Positions 34,796 to 46,667 of a DNA stretch of 64,000 bases are shown in pieces (the first letter of the stretch is position 1; each line of letters starts with the position of its first letter). Origin of the DNA: Lepidodermella squamata (Eukaryota; Animalia; Gastrotricha); the NCBI GenBank assembly GCA_047495785.1, contig JBLDXI010000023.1:806001-870000 (forward strand), written 5' to 3'. The notes under the pieces were generated by a model that did no database searches, was not told where the DNA came from, and was given only the letters and a program-made list of their open reading frames with translations. A program made the position numbers and the translations under genes.

Positions 34796-35509
34796 GTTCC
34801 TCGGCGGAAATAGATTGATGGGAACGATTCTAGAATTTAATGTTTTCGTTGAAAAGATCCGAACAGATATATTGGGTAGCTCAGCAGTTATTAAAAAGCT
34901 TCTCAGCTGCTAATTCAAATAAAAAATCTTTGCAAATCAAATTGAGGTAGCTGTTGTTATGATTTGCTTTACGCGATTTGTTTGCGATTTCGTCCACCAA
35001 GTACTTCAACTCAATCAATTTTGTTCTATCAAGTTCAGACACATGAAACCGATGAATTCCTGCGAATCCAAAGCAAACGAATTTCGCCTTATTTGAATAG
35101 CATAAAAACGGGCTAATTCTGGTCCGCATCTAAAATGCGGTTGAGGATGATATACAAGAAGCCAACTGCATAGAAATTAGTGTCTCAAGATTCCCGATGG
35201 CCTTGCTCTTCGCACATCTGTCGATGATTGGATATTGTATACTGTAAAAATGTCTGGCGGGAATAACATATTTTAATCAAGTCGTGAATAGCGGAGTTAC
35301 CAGAGATGAAAACAATTTGTGCAGTAAGTCCAAAAAGAGTTCCATCAAAAATACGAACAGAAAATTCTGAAAACTTTCCACTACATTCTCCAAAACCCAA
35401 CCCCATGACAGAACTATTATATTACATGGGGTTTGAATACATTCTGCACTTCAGAGCTACGCTGAATTTTGCACGAAGGACAACATCAGTGAAATTATAT
35501 TGACGCACA

Positions 35510-35676
35510 TTAAGCGCTACTTCTTTCCAGGAATGCGAGACATTTCCAGCCTGTCGAAAAGCCCTGTTTGAGGCTCTGCACCAAAGGTCCTATTGCCATT
35601 TCCAGCATTATAGCCATGACGGCAATATTATGCAAAGCCGACGTGCCGTAAATGCTGCCGAAGCTGCCAAAAAACA
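35510..35676 (-). pseudogene. Class A GPCR C-terminal (TM7-stop) fragment
   Basis: Colinear with 40596-40762 (TTAAGCGCTAC..AGACATTTCCAGC..GAGGCTCTGCACCAAAGGTCC..GCCGACGTGCCGT). A weaker remnant lies at ~39350-39410. Confidence 0.85.
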
Positions 35677-35787
35677 TTTCGTGTGCATATCATCTTTCAA
35701 GTTGATTTGTTCATCCTTAAGGACACTTGTTTCAAATGAGCCTAAAAATTGCAAAAATAGATATACACGAAACAGCGTGGCATTTTA

Positions 35788-36089
35788 GGTCGTAGGACAG
35801 TTCAGCAGAACTTAGTTCAGCACTCGGTACACCAGCAAACATAATTCCTTTTACGTATTTGACCGTTGCGAAATGAGAAGTGTATCTTAGCGGTTCGCTG
35901 AATAGTACTAGTGCTAAAATAGGAGTGGTGATTTTTTTGCTGAAGTGGTGAATGCTGAACTGTCGCCTGCTGTCTGCTGAAATCTGAAATAGCGTTTGCT
36001 GAAGTAGCGATTGTGAAAGTGGCTCCTGCTAAAATATCACTCCTGAAGTGACGTTGCTGAACTAAGTTCTGCTAAACATTCTTACTGCC
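35788..36089. mobile_element. MITE with inverted termini and TGCTGAA repeats
   Basis: TTCAGCAGAACTTAGTTCAGCA (35801) / TGCTGAACTAAGTTCTGCTAAA (36055). Confidence 0.6.
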
Positions 36090-36157
36090 CAGTTACGGAT
36101 CCGCGGTGGTTTCCTCCGGCCACTGAAGAGCCGTGAAATGCTAACCTCATCGGAACC

Positions 36158-37165
36158 TCATCGGCTGGCTCACAGATTTTCTGCGCGACCGCAAACTGCA
36201 GGCCCGCGTGGCCGGTTTCCTTAGTCGCTCCGTTGTGGTTAATTGCGGAGTGCCACAGGGCTCACCGCTGTCGCCTCTGCTCTACATCTTATTCACCGCG
36301 GATCTCCTGGGTGCCTCTAGCGCTCCTGGTAGCGTCCTTGACGCCTACGCTGACGATTTGACCGTCCTCGGTACCGGTGTGTCGTTTCTGGAGGCTGAGT
36401 CCCGGGTACAAGCGGAAGTCGACCGAGTGTCTTCGTGGGCCCGGCTTTGGCGCCAACAGTTCAACGCCTCTAAAAGTGAAGCGCTCGCTTTCGGGCGCCA
36501 GCCACCAGTCTTGCATTTGTCGCTCAATGGCTCTGCTATCCCTCAGGTCGAAGTGTTGCGCGTCTTAGGCATTCACTTTGACGCCAAGCTCTCGTGGAAG
36601 CCCCACATGGACCGTACTCTGAGCCGCTGCGGGCAAAATCTTTCTTGGTACCACACAATCGTTCGGCGCCCTGGACTCTCCTTCCGCTGGCGTCGTGCCA
36701 GCTACCTCGCCCTCGTCCGCTCGATCGCTTCCTTCGGCTGCGTCGCCTTTTCGTCCGCTGCCAAGCATCAGTTGCGCCGCCTCGACGTCCTGCAGAATAA
36801 GTGCCTGCGCGCCATGCTTAACGTACGCCTCGCTGACCGTGTTCGTATCACCGAACTCGAGCGGCGCTGTCGCTTCCTAGCCTTTCAGAGTTTTTCTGCC
36901 AGGTTCAAGCCCGCTACGCAGAAAATGCTTGCAGATATGTCCTGCCACTTCGCGAGCAAATCGAAAGCGTCCGCCGACGACGATGAAGTCACCCGTAGTC
37001 GTCCTCCATGACCGCCTGTCGTCGGGCCCGCTCCCTGTCTTTGTGACTTAGTCCACCCTTTCCCCTTTATTCCTTGTATTCTCCGTCCTTCTCTTATCCT
37101 CTGTTCTGTCTCTGTCCGACTTTCATAAGGACAAATAAAACAGATTTTCGTTTTCGTTCGTTCGC
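36158..37165 (+). mobile_element. 5'-truncated LINE related to 25526..29231 (RT C-terminal half)
   Basis: GVPQGSPLSPLLY..YADD..PGLSFRWRR is colinear with the ORF2 above. Frameshift near 36880. Same AATAAA + (TTCG)n tail. Confidence 0.9.
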
Positions 37166-37803
37166 TAAATGGCTGCAAGATTGCTCAGCGACTTCTCAGC
37201 TAAGGCTTCATCGTTTTTCAAGTAGTGAGTAAATCTTTGACCTACGCGCTGATTGGTCAATCGATTGTTGCTACGACCCCGGATAAAACAATTTAGTCGT
37301 GCGATCCGCCAATTAATTATTTTATACTTATGCAAAAATGACCTTGCCACATCATTGCACGGATTCAATTGACCACGAGCGTAAAGCGTACTATCCTACT
37401 CATCTCCATGGGGTCGAAAAATTGCGATTTTGAGCGTGACGTTATTTATGGATGCTCTCCAGCAATTCTTGAGAATTTCCAGCAAACATTTTTTAAAAAG
37501 GGCCTGATATCATTACATCGGGATTACCATCATACAGTGCTCCCTCGATTAAGTTAAGTGCAATCCCAAGCAAACTGCCAGGTAAAAACCGGTCCTGCAT
37601 TTTATATTTCTTACACAATTGAAAAAAATTGTTAATTTGATGATTTTAATTTCCTGTAAAATAACAAATCATTCATAATAACGCGAATGTTTCAAGCAAC
37701 GCGGCGTGAACTATTAAAAATGCGTTTAAAAATGGTAAAGGCTGCCGAAAAAGATCACCTTCAATGATGGAATCTGTAAAGATCGATTAAAATCGGGTGC
37801 GTG

Positions 37804-37950
37804 CAGGGTGCGAAGTACACCCGGGGTGTCGCGAAACCCAGCTCCGGGACTACGAACCAAGGAAGGCTGAAAAACCACAGGGGGGCCTATTGGTTTCTTC
37901 GGCTGGGTCCTAGAAAACACCTCAGCTCCCGGATCCTAAATCGCACACCG
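37804..37950. mobile_element. hAT-type MITE (21061 family)
   Basis: Same termini and core as 21061-21227. TSD GGTGCGTG/CGTGCGTG. Confidence 0.8.
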
Positions 37951-40595
37951 CGTGCGTGATAGCAAATTATGAATGCGGCGTAAGCGTCGAACTGTTAACG
38001 AACGAAAAAATAGCCACACGCGCACTATTATCAAGGCATTTTAGTAAACGACGGTGGGTTAGCACCCGTATCAACAATTTTCCGTATTCCGTAAGATGAA
38101 ATATGCTAATTAGTGCATTGTTCAGTGAAATCACAATGGAAAGTGCTCATTAACCTATTTCATCATACGTAATATGGAAAATTGCTGATACAGGCTGCTT
38201 CTTTCACTAACAAATCTTGATTAGAGATCCTAAAGAGCAAGGTTTAGGCTCATCTGCTCTAATTTTAGAGAACCTGCCGTTTTGAGATGTGTAGAATCCG
38301 AAAATGATGGAACCGACATACGTTGACACGCTCGTATTACTTAATAAATACACTGTCAACTTTCAGCAAACATTTTTACTTTTAGAATGGATGGTTTCAT
38401 CCGCTAACTTTTTAACTTAATTTCTTCGCACAACTTGCATTCCCGAGGGACCGAGGGCCATTTGCAGCAAGGTTGGTGTCTCTATCTTTTTCCATGGCCT
38501 AAATGATGTCAACAATTTAAAATCAGCCATAACAAGATTTTTACCGACTTATGTTGTTCTCATCGTACTGGTTGTCGTGTTTTGCGCCATCGGGGCCCGG
38601 AAACCTTTTTCTGACCACAGTCAAGAGCCAGGATGGATATACGATAGTTTTGTTGCCCTTTGTAATGTTGCCATACTGTCGTGTCAAAAACATTTTGACG
38701 AAATGTTGACACGCCATGTCAAAAAATGGCCAAATAACTAAAAATTACGTTTAAGTGAGTGTCAAGGACTGCTAAATATTATGTCAAAATAACTTGACTT
38801 ATCAACCTTATTACTCAAAGAAATGATGATGTTACGCCATTTTGAAAATTTGACGTTTACCACCCTTTGAAAAATCGCTTGCCATCCCTCAACGGTGACG
38901 GATATGCCAAAACAAGCTTCATACCTATTCGGATTCTGCACAAAATGTTCCACGTAAGGCCCCGGCCCTGTGCCTCGGCTAACCAAAATGTGATTTTTTT
39001 GCCGACTAATTTTTCCAGCCTTGGCTAAGAATGAAATAGTGGGGGCTTCTTGAGCAGCATCTTGATATCACAATCTCTGGCTATACTGATTATCGAATTT
39101 TGCATCAACCACAACATCAGTGTTTTTTTGCACGTCAGTAAAAACATCAAACAAAATGATCTGTCTTTGAAAGTATGGCGTATGGTTAACAAAGAGCACT
39201 AGGTATAGCAATTTATTGAACATTTTGCGTTCTTTCTCCCGAAATTCTCCCCTGGAATTTTCTAAAGAGTTGCACTGAATTGCGTGAACATTATTGAAAT
39301 TAAATTTATTTGAATTATGCTCAGTTATCTGTCATCTGTCCAGAGATTAGAGACATTTACAGCATCTCGAAGATCCCGGTTTTAGGCTATGCACCAAATG
39401 TCCAATTGCTAAGCTTACACAAGGTACGTGACACAGCCAAATTTAGACGCGCGCGGTGTTCAAGTAGCTAATCACGCACACACAATATGCACGCATAGCC
39501 ATTATTGGACGATAGGCAAAGACATGACCCAATAACATTCGTCTTGATGTCACTTAGTGAGCAATAGGCTAAGAAACATGACTTCAAGACTGATACAGAT
39601 TGTCGTGTCGGGCTCGAGTCCAACTAAGTGCGATTGAGCTGAAATCATGTGAATGACCATCATCGCATTTTGGTCAGGTGACGCTCAATGCACAACTATA
39701 AAATAATATTAGAAGCTTCCAGGTGTAAGAGATCCAGAGTCCAGAGAGATCACCAAGATGACCCGAGATCTTCCCTGAGGGGCTACTAAGGCGTCGGATG
39801 GGCAAAAAGTCAAATTTTCTGACATTTTTTCGACGGTTCCTAGGTAATTCGACCACGCTGAGTTCAACGCAATTACAGGTTTGTTCTTTGTTCTAGCCTG
39901 CATAGTTTTTCATCTACAACATAAGGAACGTTTGGATCACGCCGCGGCGCGCTAATTGCTCAACGAACGAACAATTCGGTTGCTAATGTAAACAAAATAT
40001 TCAAAAAAAAAATGTTAAATTATAAAATGCAGGAAAACGCGAAATTTGAATTTCTCGTCGTTCAGAGAACTGCCTTTAATTTCAATTTGTTCTGCCTTTA
40101 GCTTGAATTGGTATGCGTCGAATGAGGACGAACAAAGTTTTCTTGTTTTTTCGTAATATATCCACGAAGCAGAAAAATTATCCACACTATGGCAAATTAG
40201 ATGGCAAACTGTCACTCTTGGCTGCAGACCTGGTTTTGACTTCAACGCGGCCGCAACACTACAAGGGCACGGCAGACCAAACCTCAAAAACAAAACCGGC
40301 ATTTAATGTTAGAAGGCGGCTTTTAAATTAAAAAGTAATAAATAACATTTTTTTATTGTATTCTTCATTTCGCATTTCAATTATTAAACAGATAATGAAG
40401 AAATCGCGCAAAAATTCAAAATTTATGCTGTTTGCTTAATTTGGTCTGGACGGTACTACGATGGGCACGGAATTGATACCCCCAGTTCGGCAGGTCTAAG
40501 CGGAAAAATCCCAAGATCACAGAGACTCTTTGGTCATAAAACTTGGGCCAGAAAATAGCCCTAGTTCGAGGATTCCATTTCGCCCACTGCCTAGA

Positions 40596-41690
40596 TTAAG
40601 CGCTACTCCTTTCCAGAAAAGCGAGACATTTCCAGCGTGTCGAAAAGCCCGGTTTGAGGCTCTGCACCAAAGGTCCAATGGCCATTTCCAACATTACGGC
40701 CATGACGGAAATATTGTGAAACGCCGACGTGCCGTGAACGCTGCCAAAACTGTCAAAAAACAGTTCGAGAAACAAGGAAATGATAACGGGCACGTGGAAT
40801 AGTGTGAAAATCAAAAAGGTTGCCAGTGTTTGTTTCACAAAAAACATCTCACGGGCCAGCCATTCGGACGTGTTGCGTTGATTAGAACTGGATTTTCTTC
40901 TAGTCTGCTGCTGTGACTGCCGTGACTGTGTCGAGCAGCCCTCAGCGTTCACGCGGGCTGTTCGAATGTGTCGAAAAATTGTCCGGTAGTTGTAGCAAAG
41001 CACTGCATCGGGTATGAAAACCACCATTCCAGACACGCAGAAACGCAACACCGCAGTATCGATCGTCTCTGTTAGCTGATAGTCGAAGTTTGAACATATC
41101 GGAACTGCTGTTCCGTTGTTCAAGCCTTCAATCGCAATCATCTGAACGCTGAAGGTTCGATATGGAAATATCATGAATGGGATGAAGACAACAATACAGA
41201 TCACAGCGAAAAAAGCAGACTGAAGTACGACCTTTTTCAGATCTGGCCTGGAATTTGGACTCATAGATGTGACACAAACCCGACGCTCGTAACTGATGAG
41301 CATCATTACTATGGGGCTGTATCCACCTGTCACAAATAATAATACTGAGAGAGCCGTGCAGGAGGAATCACCAGCCAGCCAATAGCCTGTTGGAGTTCCA
41401 ATGATCATCAGCACAGAGTAGCAAACCGAGAAAAGTATGTGATCCACACCGAGGACGGTGATGAGGAAGAGAAAGTCGTGCCTAACACCCCGCCTTTTGT
41501 ATATGAGGATATTCGCGATAGTTGTGGAGATGACGAAACCAGTTACAACAGAGCATAACGTAGCGTACAGAAGCCGGTTGGAAGGATTCCGCGTGGCCAA
41601 ATTGAAAGCTCCTATAAAATAGTCACGGGGCGTGGCGGATCCGCGATCAGATAGATATGCTGAAATCCACGACAGCTCTGAGTAATTCAT
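40596..41690 (-). CDS. Orphan class A (rhodopsin-like) GPCR, single exon, 364 aa
   Basis: Seven hydrophobic segments. TM1 Asn (IAN), TM2 Asp, WLAGDSSC (ECL1-TM3), ISYERR (DRY variant), ECL2 Cys, TM5 P..Y, TM6 FHVP, TM7 GPLVQ (NPxxY variant). Confidence 0.9.
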   Translation of the reverse strand: MNYSELSWISAYLSDRGSATPRDYFIGAFNLATRNPSNRLLYATLCSVVTGFVISTTIANILIYKRRGVRHDFLFLITVLGVDHILFSVCYSVLMIIGTPTGYWLAGDSSCTALSVLLFVTGGYSPIVMMLISYERRVCVTSMSPNSRPDLKKVVLQSAFFAVICIVVFIPFMIFPYRTFSVQMIAIEGLNNGTAVPICSNFDYQLTETIDTAVLRFCVSGMVVFIPDAVLCYNYRTIFRHIRTARVNAEGCSTQSRQSQQQTRRKSSSNQRNTSEWLAREMFFVKQTLATFLIFTLFHVPVIISLFLELFFDSFGSVHGTSAFHNISVMAVMLEMAIGPLVQSLKPGFSTRWKCLAFLERSSA

Positions 41691-41693
41691 GAG

Positions 41694-42503
41694 CAGAGCT
41701 ATGGATCTGATTTAATCTAAATTAGATATAATTAAAAAAGATTATCTATCAAATTACTAGATCTATCAAAATCAGATTTAAATTTCCAAGACAAGATTAG
41801 ATCAAATCAGATCAACTTTATTGCGATAGTAAGATGAAGTGAGATAAAAAATCAGATAGATTTTACGATATTATACAAAGTTTGAGTCAATTTCAAAATC
41901 AGATTCGACTTTTTCGACAGATTCTTCGATCGCCTCCTGATCTTCATTGACTTTGAAGATCCAGCCCCAGTCAAACGTTGATTGAATTTTCCCCTCATGA
42001 TTAGAGGTTTTAATAGGATTTTGAGAAAAATATATTGCCATAATCTACAATCTTTTCCATTTTTAATAAAATGAAATTCAAATTACAATAGTTAAGTTTA
42101 TTTGAAAAGTTCAATAAATTGAATATTTCAATCATGAATCTGATTTCGTAATTCCGGGTTTTCGGATGAGAGTATCAAAGAAATACAATTCAAAGAATAA
42201 AGAAGTTTTGGGGCAACTTGGGATTGTCGGTCTTTTTTCTAGTTCATTGTCGAGTAATAATAATACATTATCAACGATTTATGAGGGTTTGAAGGAAAAG
42301 TTTCTCCAGACACAGTGAAACTTCGATTTTGAGTACATTTTTTCCCGCCAGACGGGAAATCCGGGTATGGGGTATGCAAAAAATGACGGTTGAAAATCTT
42401 AATGCAAAAAACTTTATTTTCCCCCACAGCATCGAATTGCATGTAAATTGAACCGCATTATCCGTCTTTTCGGATTCTCGCCTGTTTTTTTCTGCCGGCC
42501 CTG
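41694..42503. mobile_element. DNA-transposon-derived sequence related to the 1030..1634 element
   Basis: Begins CAGAGCTATGGATCTGATTT (cf. CAGTGCTTTGGATTTGATTC), followed by ATCAGAT/AGAT repeats. Right end uncertain (GCCGGCCCTG at ~42503). Confidence 0.5.
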
Positions 42504-42569
42504 GATGACGTCGAATCAGGGTTTAACTGTATTCCCACATACGCATGGTTAAATTTCGAAGAATCAAAG

Positions 42570-42933
42570 ATTTCGCAGCATAACATAGGGTCGCCGGTGA
42601 GTATTGGGGTATTCATGCAGTAAGGCGGTAATGCTAGCTGGCCATCATTTCAGAGGCTTTGGATAGACTTCAGCAACGCATGGAAGTAGCGATGAAACTC
42701 ATACATTCGCCAACATCGTTGATTTCAATGAATCTATTAAGATTCAGCATGACTTTGATCTTGGTCGAGATATTTTCGACTTCCTGGGGTGGGTTGGCTG
42801 TTGCGCTGATGCGACAGTTCTGGAGAAGTGTTTCAGTCAGATTATCGGGAGTTGGGGCGCTCAAAACGCCAGTAAGCAGAGCGATGAATACAACTAGCAT
42901 CTGGTGCCAATTTTTTGGATTACGGCTTGCCAT
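42570..42933 (-). pseudogene. pLGIC subfamily B N-terminal pseudogene fragment
   Basis: MASRNPKNWHQMLVVFIALL..TPDNLTETLLQNCRISATAN..RFIEINDVGE matches 14804, then deletions and frameshifts. No TM region. Confidence 0.88.
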
Positions 42934-42949
42934 TGAGAATGGATAGTAG

Positions 42950-45900
42950 TTTATTGTTAAAACAATGATCCGACTGATACTAAGTAACAGTTTGCCTATA
43001 GACGCGGGTATTTACATTTAACTAATTCTTTCTGTACAAATGATTATTTATGATTTTGCATGAGTCTTTTATCGTTGAAATGACGATGTCGCACATGAGT
43101 GACTGCGGTAGTTCGAGACGTTTTGCGAAGTCGCGGAAGAACTTGGTGATGGTACCACGGGCTCCAACGAAGAGACCGATTACTTCGAGGGAAGTTAGAT
43201 TGTATCTTTCCTTGAAGTATTCTGCGCAAGGCTCGTAGTGTGCCCGTTTTTCTTTGTCGACTTCCAGGGCTTGATCTGGGCTTTTTTCGAAGCGGATGGT
43301 AGGGTCCAAGATCCACCCTTCTCTCGTGTTTTTATTGAAGGCGATAATGTCGACCCTTTTGAGGCCGTCATTTTCTGCGAGGCAGGAAACTTCCTCGTAG
43401 ACTTCAAGGGTCTTGTTCTTACGCAAGGAGTCTGCGATCATAGTTCGCACTCTATGATGGCGGGCGTTGCGAAGCAGAGCACCGCGAGGGCAGAAACCAA
43501 GGACATGTGAGAGGGATTCATACTCGCAGTCGCAGTGGCGGCAGCGGGGTCCATCAAGGCTTCTTCCAGGCAGTGCACGAACCGCACAGGTGTCCGTCGT
43601 CATTTTGATCGCCGTAGTCCATTCGTTGACTGAGAGACCGGACTTGTTACTGATCCACTTATTGCAGGCTGGCATTTCTCGGTACATGTGGGCACCCCGG
43701 CCCTTATGGCTTTCAGCCCATTCGTTGAACGATCTTTCTCGCAGGATCGCGCGCAGTTGTTGTCCCACTTGTTTCTTTTCGAAGTCGACCGATTGCTCGT
43801 CGAGTGATGCTAGGCAGCTCTTCATTTCTGCCTCGAAATCTTTGCAGATACTGAGGTGAGGGTGGTTGAGCCTGGCAGGTTTCATTGAGATGCAGAAATG
43901 TTGTATAAAACATTCCCAACTTGCCTTCATAAGCCCAAGACCACGCCAGCTGCGGCTCGCGTACAGGTACGCGTTGGGTGTGTCTCTCGGCAGCTCCAGT
44001 GTTTGCTTGACAGCGTTGCGCACGAGGCCGTCGACATCGTTCAAGAACGAGGCTGGTAGCTTGTTGAGGGGAGCATTCTGGAGCGGAAAGACCAGAGTTG
44101 GCCAGACATAGTGATTGATGATGTTAAGTTTCTGGTCCGGCCGTAGGAGCGGCGATTCGGCAAGCTGGCTTAGGTTTTGCTCCAACTTTTTGATGGTACC
44201 GGCGGCGTCGAAATCAAGTTCGTCGCTAAAGGAGCAGCCCAGGTACTTGATGAGCTCTCCGTGTCGTAGGGCTGGGATCGTCGTCTTGTCGTCAACTACC
44301 AGAGGCTCTTCGGAAAGCTCTCCGTCTTCGACAATGATCGCGACTGATTTCGAGGCATTAATTTCGATTCCAACCTGCGAGAAGAGGCTGATGGCCATGC
44401 CTGCAAGGACGGAGCCTGAGGCACGCGAGTTGGCAATTGGGGTAGTGTCGTCGGCGAAGGCTTGTACGGATATGCTCGGCAGTTCTGGGGATAGCTTGAA
44501 ACCGTACTTCTCCGCCACCTCGTGTTCTGATAGCTCGTGTAGAACGAAATCGATGGCCAGGTTGAACAGGGTCGGGGAGATCGGCGCACCTTGGAAGACG
44601 CCACGCTCGATGTCGATTCGCTTTGTCCTGAGACCGCGTGCTTCGACCACTGTCCAGTTACCCTTGATCAGGCGAAGGACTGTTTGCCGTAAGGAAGTCG
44701 GCATTGGGGCTGATTCGATGGTCTTTTCGAGGTGAGGGTGACCCATTGAATCGAAGGCTTGCGTAGCGTCCAGGAAGATGATGACACACGTGCGCTTCTG
44801 TTGCTTTGCGGCTTTCAGACAACCGTCTACGATTGTCGAGTTGACGTGCGTCCCGGGTATCGACGTGAAACCTCTCTGGTTCGGATGAAACAGGATGTAT
44901 TGCCGAACTCGGGAATCGACCACCTTCTCGAACGCTCTTCGCACAACTGAGCATATCGAAATCGGTCGCCAGTTTCGCGGGTCGGCAGTGTCACCTTTCT
45001 TGTATATGAGCACTGTCCGGGCGTTTTGAAGGGCTGAGGGCATGAACAGTGGTCGGCTAAGCATGATTGAAAACAGTTCAGCGAGTGACTCAGCGCATTT
45101 TTCAAGCCGTAGCAATCTCACGAGGATGCGATCTGGCCCGGTTGCCGAGTCGATCTTCATCTTACGAAGAGCACCTCGAACCTCTTCTGTGTCCACAGCT
45201 GTCTCGTATTCGTCGTCTAGTGCTTGCTGCTCACTAACTGGCGGCTTGGGTTCGTAGTTAGGCCGTACTTGATCATTGCTGGAGCCCCATCTACCGGTGA
45301 ATTCGGTGAACAGGGCGTCCATTGGGATGTCGCACTGTGATGGTTTATCTGCATCCATCACCATCCGTACTGCCTGGCCGCGCTTGTTGTAGTAGTAGTA
45401 TTGCACCAGTTGAGACTTGTACGCGAGCTTCTGCTTGGCTCTCGAGCGCTGGGCTGTTCTTGCGGGGTTCGAAGAGCTCTCCTTGCGAGGCTTCTCGGCT
45501 TGCTTTTTGTTTTTGCGCTTTTTCCGCCACTCATAGAACTTGCTTGCAGGATGTTTGGGGCCGGGGAGGAGTTTCATTGCTTCGAACAGCTCCGAGGTAA
45601 ATTGGGAGACGATAGTGTCCAGTTCCTCGTCGGTGGCTCTGTTCTCTTCCTTCATTTTGCGGAATGTGCTGGTCCACTTATCGATTATTTCGTCAGCCGC
45701 TTTGCTATCGTGGACGGTTGCTGGCCAGATGGTTTCGTTTTCTTCCGGATTCGAGGGCTTCGGCACTTTGTTGTTTGACCGATTTTCATACTTGGACACG
45801 ACGGCCGCACGACTTCGATCAGGGTGCGCAGAGCTTCGATGGATCGCTAAACCATGTTGGTTTTTAAATGGTTTACCACAATCTTCGCATTTCACAGGCT

Positions 45901-46255
45901 CCTGTTGACTAGCAGTGTTGTCGTTAGTCGCTGTGTGGCCGCGAAGGATGTGCATTTTCAGCCCTCTGCTGCTGCTGAAGGATTTTGTGCATTGGTCGCA
46001 TTTGAACTCGTCGGTGTGGACCTCTATTTTGAGAAGCTCGGGTGCGTCATCCTCGTCGGACGCACCACGTGCCGTTTCCATGGTAGGCACGTGAACGGTT
46101 CAAAGTCCGGTTTTTGAAATTCGGGTCAAGGGTCGATTGGAAGTCGTTCGAAATCGATCGGAATTGGCTTGCCGGTCGGTCCGTCGGCGATTGCGATCGG
46201 CGGGTCTTTGAGAGTCGAGTCGGTGGACGGCTTCGGGATGTGTTGTTGTCAGCGA
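42950..46255 (-). mobile_element. R2-superfamily (RLE-type) non-LTR retrotransposon
   Basis: Single long ORF, short 3' UTR ending AATAAA at ~42950, and a GC-rich 5' leader to ~46255. Confidence 0.88.
43022..46081 (-). CDS. RLE retrotransposon ORF: 2x C2H2 zinc finger, RT, CCHC knuckle, restriction-like endonuclease (1019 aa)
   Basis: CDQC..HILRGH and CEDC..HRSSAH fingers. RT motifs SATGPD, WRPISI, QRGF, FLDATQAFDS, GVFQGAPISP, AFADD, YLG. CRHC..ESLSHVLGFC. RHH, RVDII, D..EK..Y. No stops. Confidence 0.93.
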   Translation of the reverse strand: METARGASDEDDAPELLKIEVHTDEFKCDQCTKSFSSSRGLKMHILRGHTATNDNTASQQEPVKCEDCGKPFKNQHGLAIHRSSAHPDRSRAAVVSKYENRSNNKVPKPSNPEENETIWPATVHDSKAADEIIDKWTSTFRKMKEENRATDEELDTIVSQFTSELFEAMKLLPGPKHPASKFYEWRKKRKNKKQAEKPRKESSSNPARTAQRSRAKQKLAYKSQLVQYYYYNKRGQAVRMVMDADKPSQCDIPMDALFTEFTGRWGSSNDQVRPNYEPKPPVSEQQALDDEYETAVDTEEVRGALRKMKIDSATGPDRILVRLLRLEKCAESLAELFSIMLSRPLFMPSALQNARTVLIYKKGDTADPRNWRPISICSVVRRAFEKVVDSRVRQYILFHPNQRGFTSIPGTHVNSTIVDGCLKAAKQQKRTCVIIFLDATQAFDSMGHPHLEKTIESAPMPTSLRQTVLRLIKGNWTVVEARGLRTKRIDIERGVFQGAPISPTLFNLAIDFVLHELSEHEVAEKYGFKLSPELPSISVQAFADDTTPIANSRASGSVLAGMAISLFSQVGIEINASKSVAIIVEDGELSEEPLVVDDKTTIPALRHGELIKYLGCSFSDELDFDAAGTIKKLEQNLSQLAESPLLRPDQKLNIINHYVWPTLVFPLQNAPLNKLPASFLNDVDGLVRNAVKQTLELPRDTPNAYLYASRSWRGLGLMKASWECFIQHFCISMKPARLNHPHLSICKDFEAEMKSCLASLDEQSVDFEKKQVGQQLRAILRERSFNEWAESHKGRGAHMYREMPACNKWISNKSGLSVNEWTTAIKMTTDTCAVRALPGRSLDGPRCRHCDCEYESLSHVLGFCPRGALLRNARHHRVRTMIADSLRKNKTLEVYEEVSCLAENDGLKRVDIIAFNKNTREGWILDPTIRFEKSPDQALEVDKEKRAHYEPCAEYFKERYNLTSLEVIGLFVGARGTITKFFRDFAKRLELPQSLMCDIVISTIKDSCKIINNHLYRKN

Positions 46256-46667
46256 CAAAAATATATTATTTTAAAAACCTCAGAAAATTTAATATTCAAT
46301 CGCAGATATTTGTAGTAGGATACAAGGTAGTAGGATCAATATATAGCTTTTGGAATGATCAGAACGGCATTTCCATGTTCCGTTCGAAGCTCATCAAATA
46401 AAACGACTTTTCGCTGCCAGATTGCTTTGAGTGTTCCAATCAGATCGAAAAGCAGGATAAGTATATAACCTATTTATAGGCTTCTTGCGATGTGGATTAA
46501 TGCGGCTACTTTTTATTTCCTTAATTGCTTATGTTTCAAATTCTACATCCACTGAAACCGTTACATTATTCATCGTCAGTTCAGTTGACAATCAGGCTAC
46601 AGTCTAGCAGGAATCAAAGAAAAAACAACATATAACAAAAAACGTTTAGATACATCGAAATCCAAGC

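Noticed and set aside
38060-40500. Further small hairpins and probable TE fragments (e.g. 38066-38193)
   Set aside because: Termini and TSDs are not definable with enough confidence to annotate.
43044-46117. Many overlapping short ORFs within the retrotransposons and antisense to pLGIC genes
   Set aside because: These are shadow ORFs of real coding sequence, with no independent motifs.
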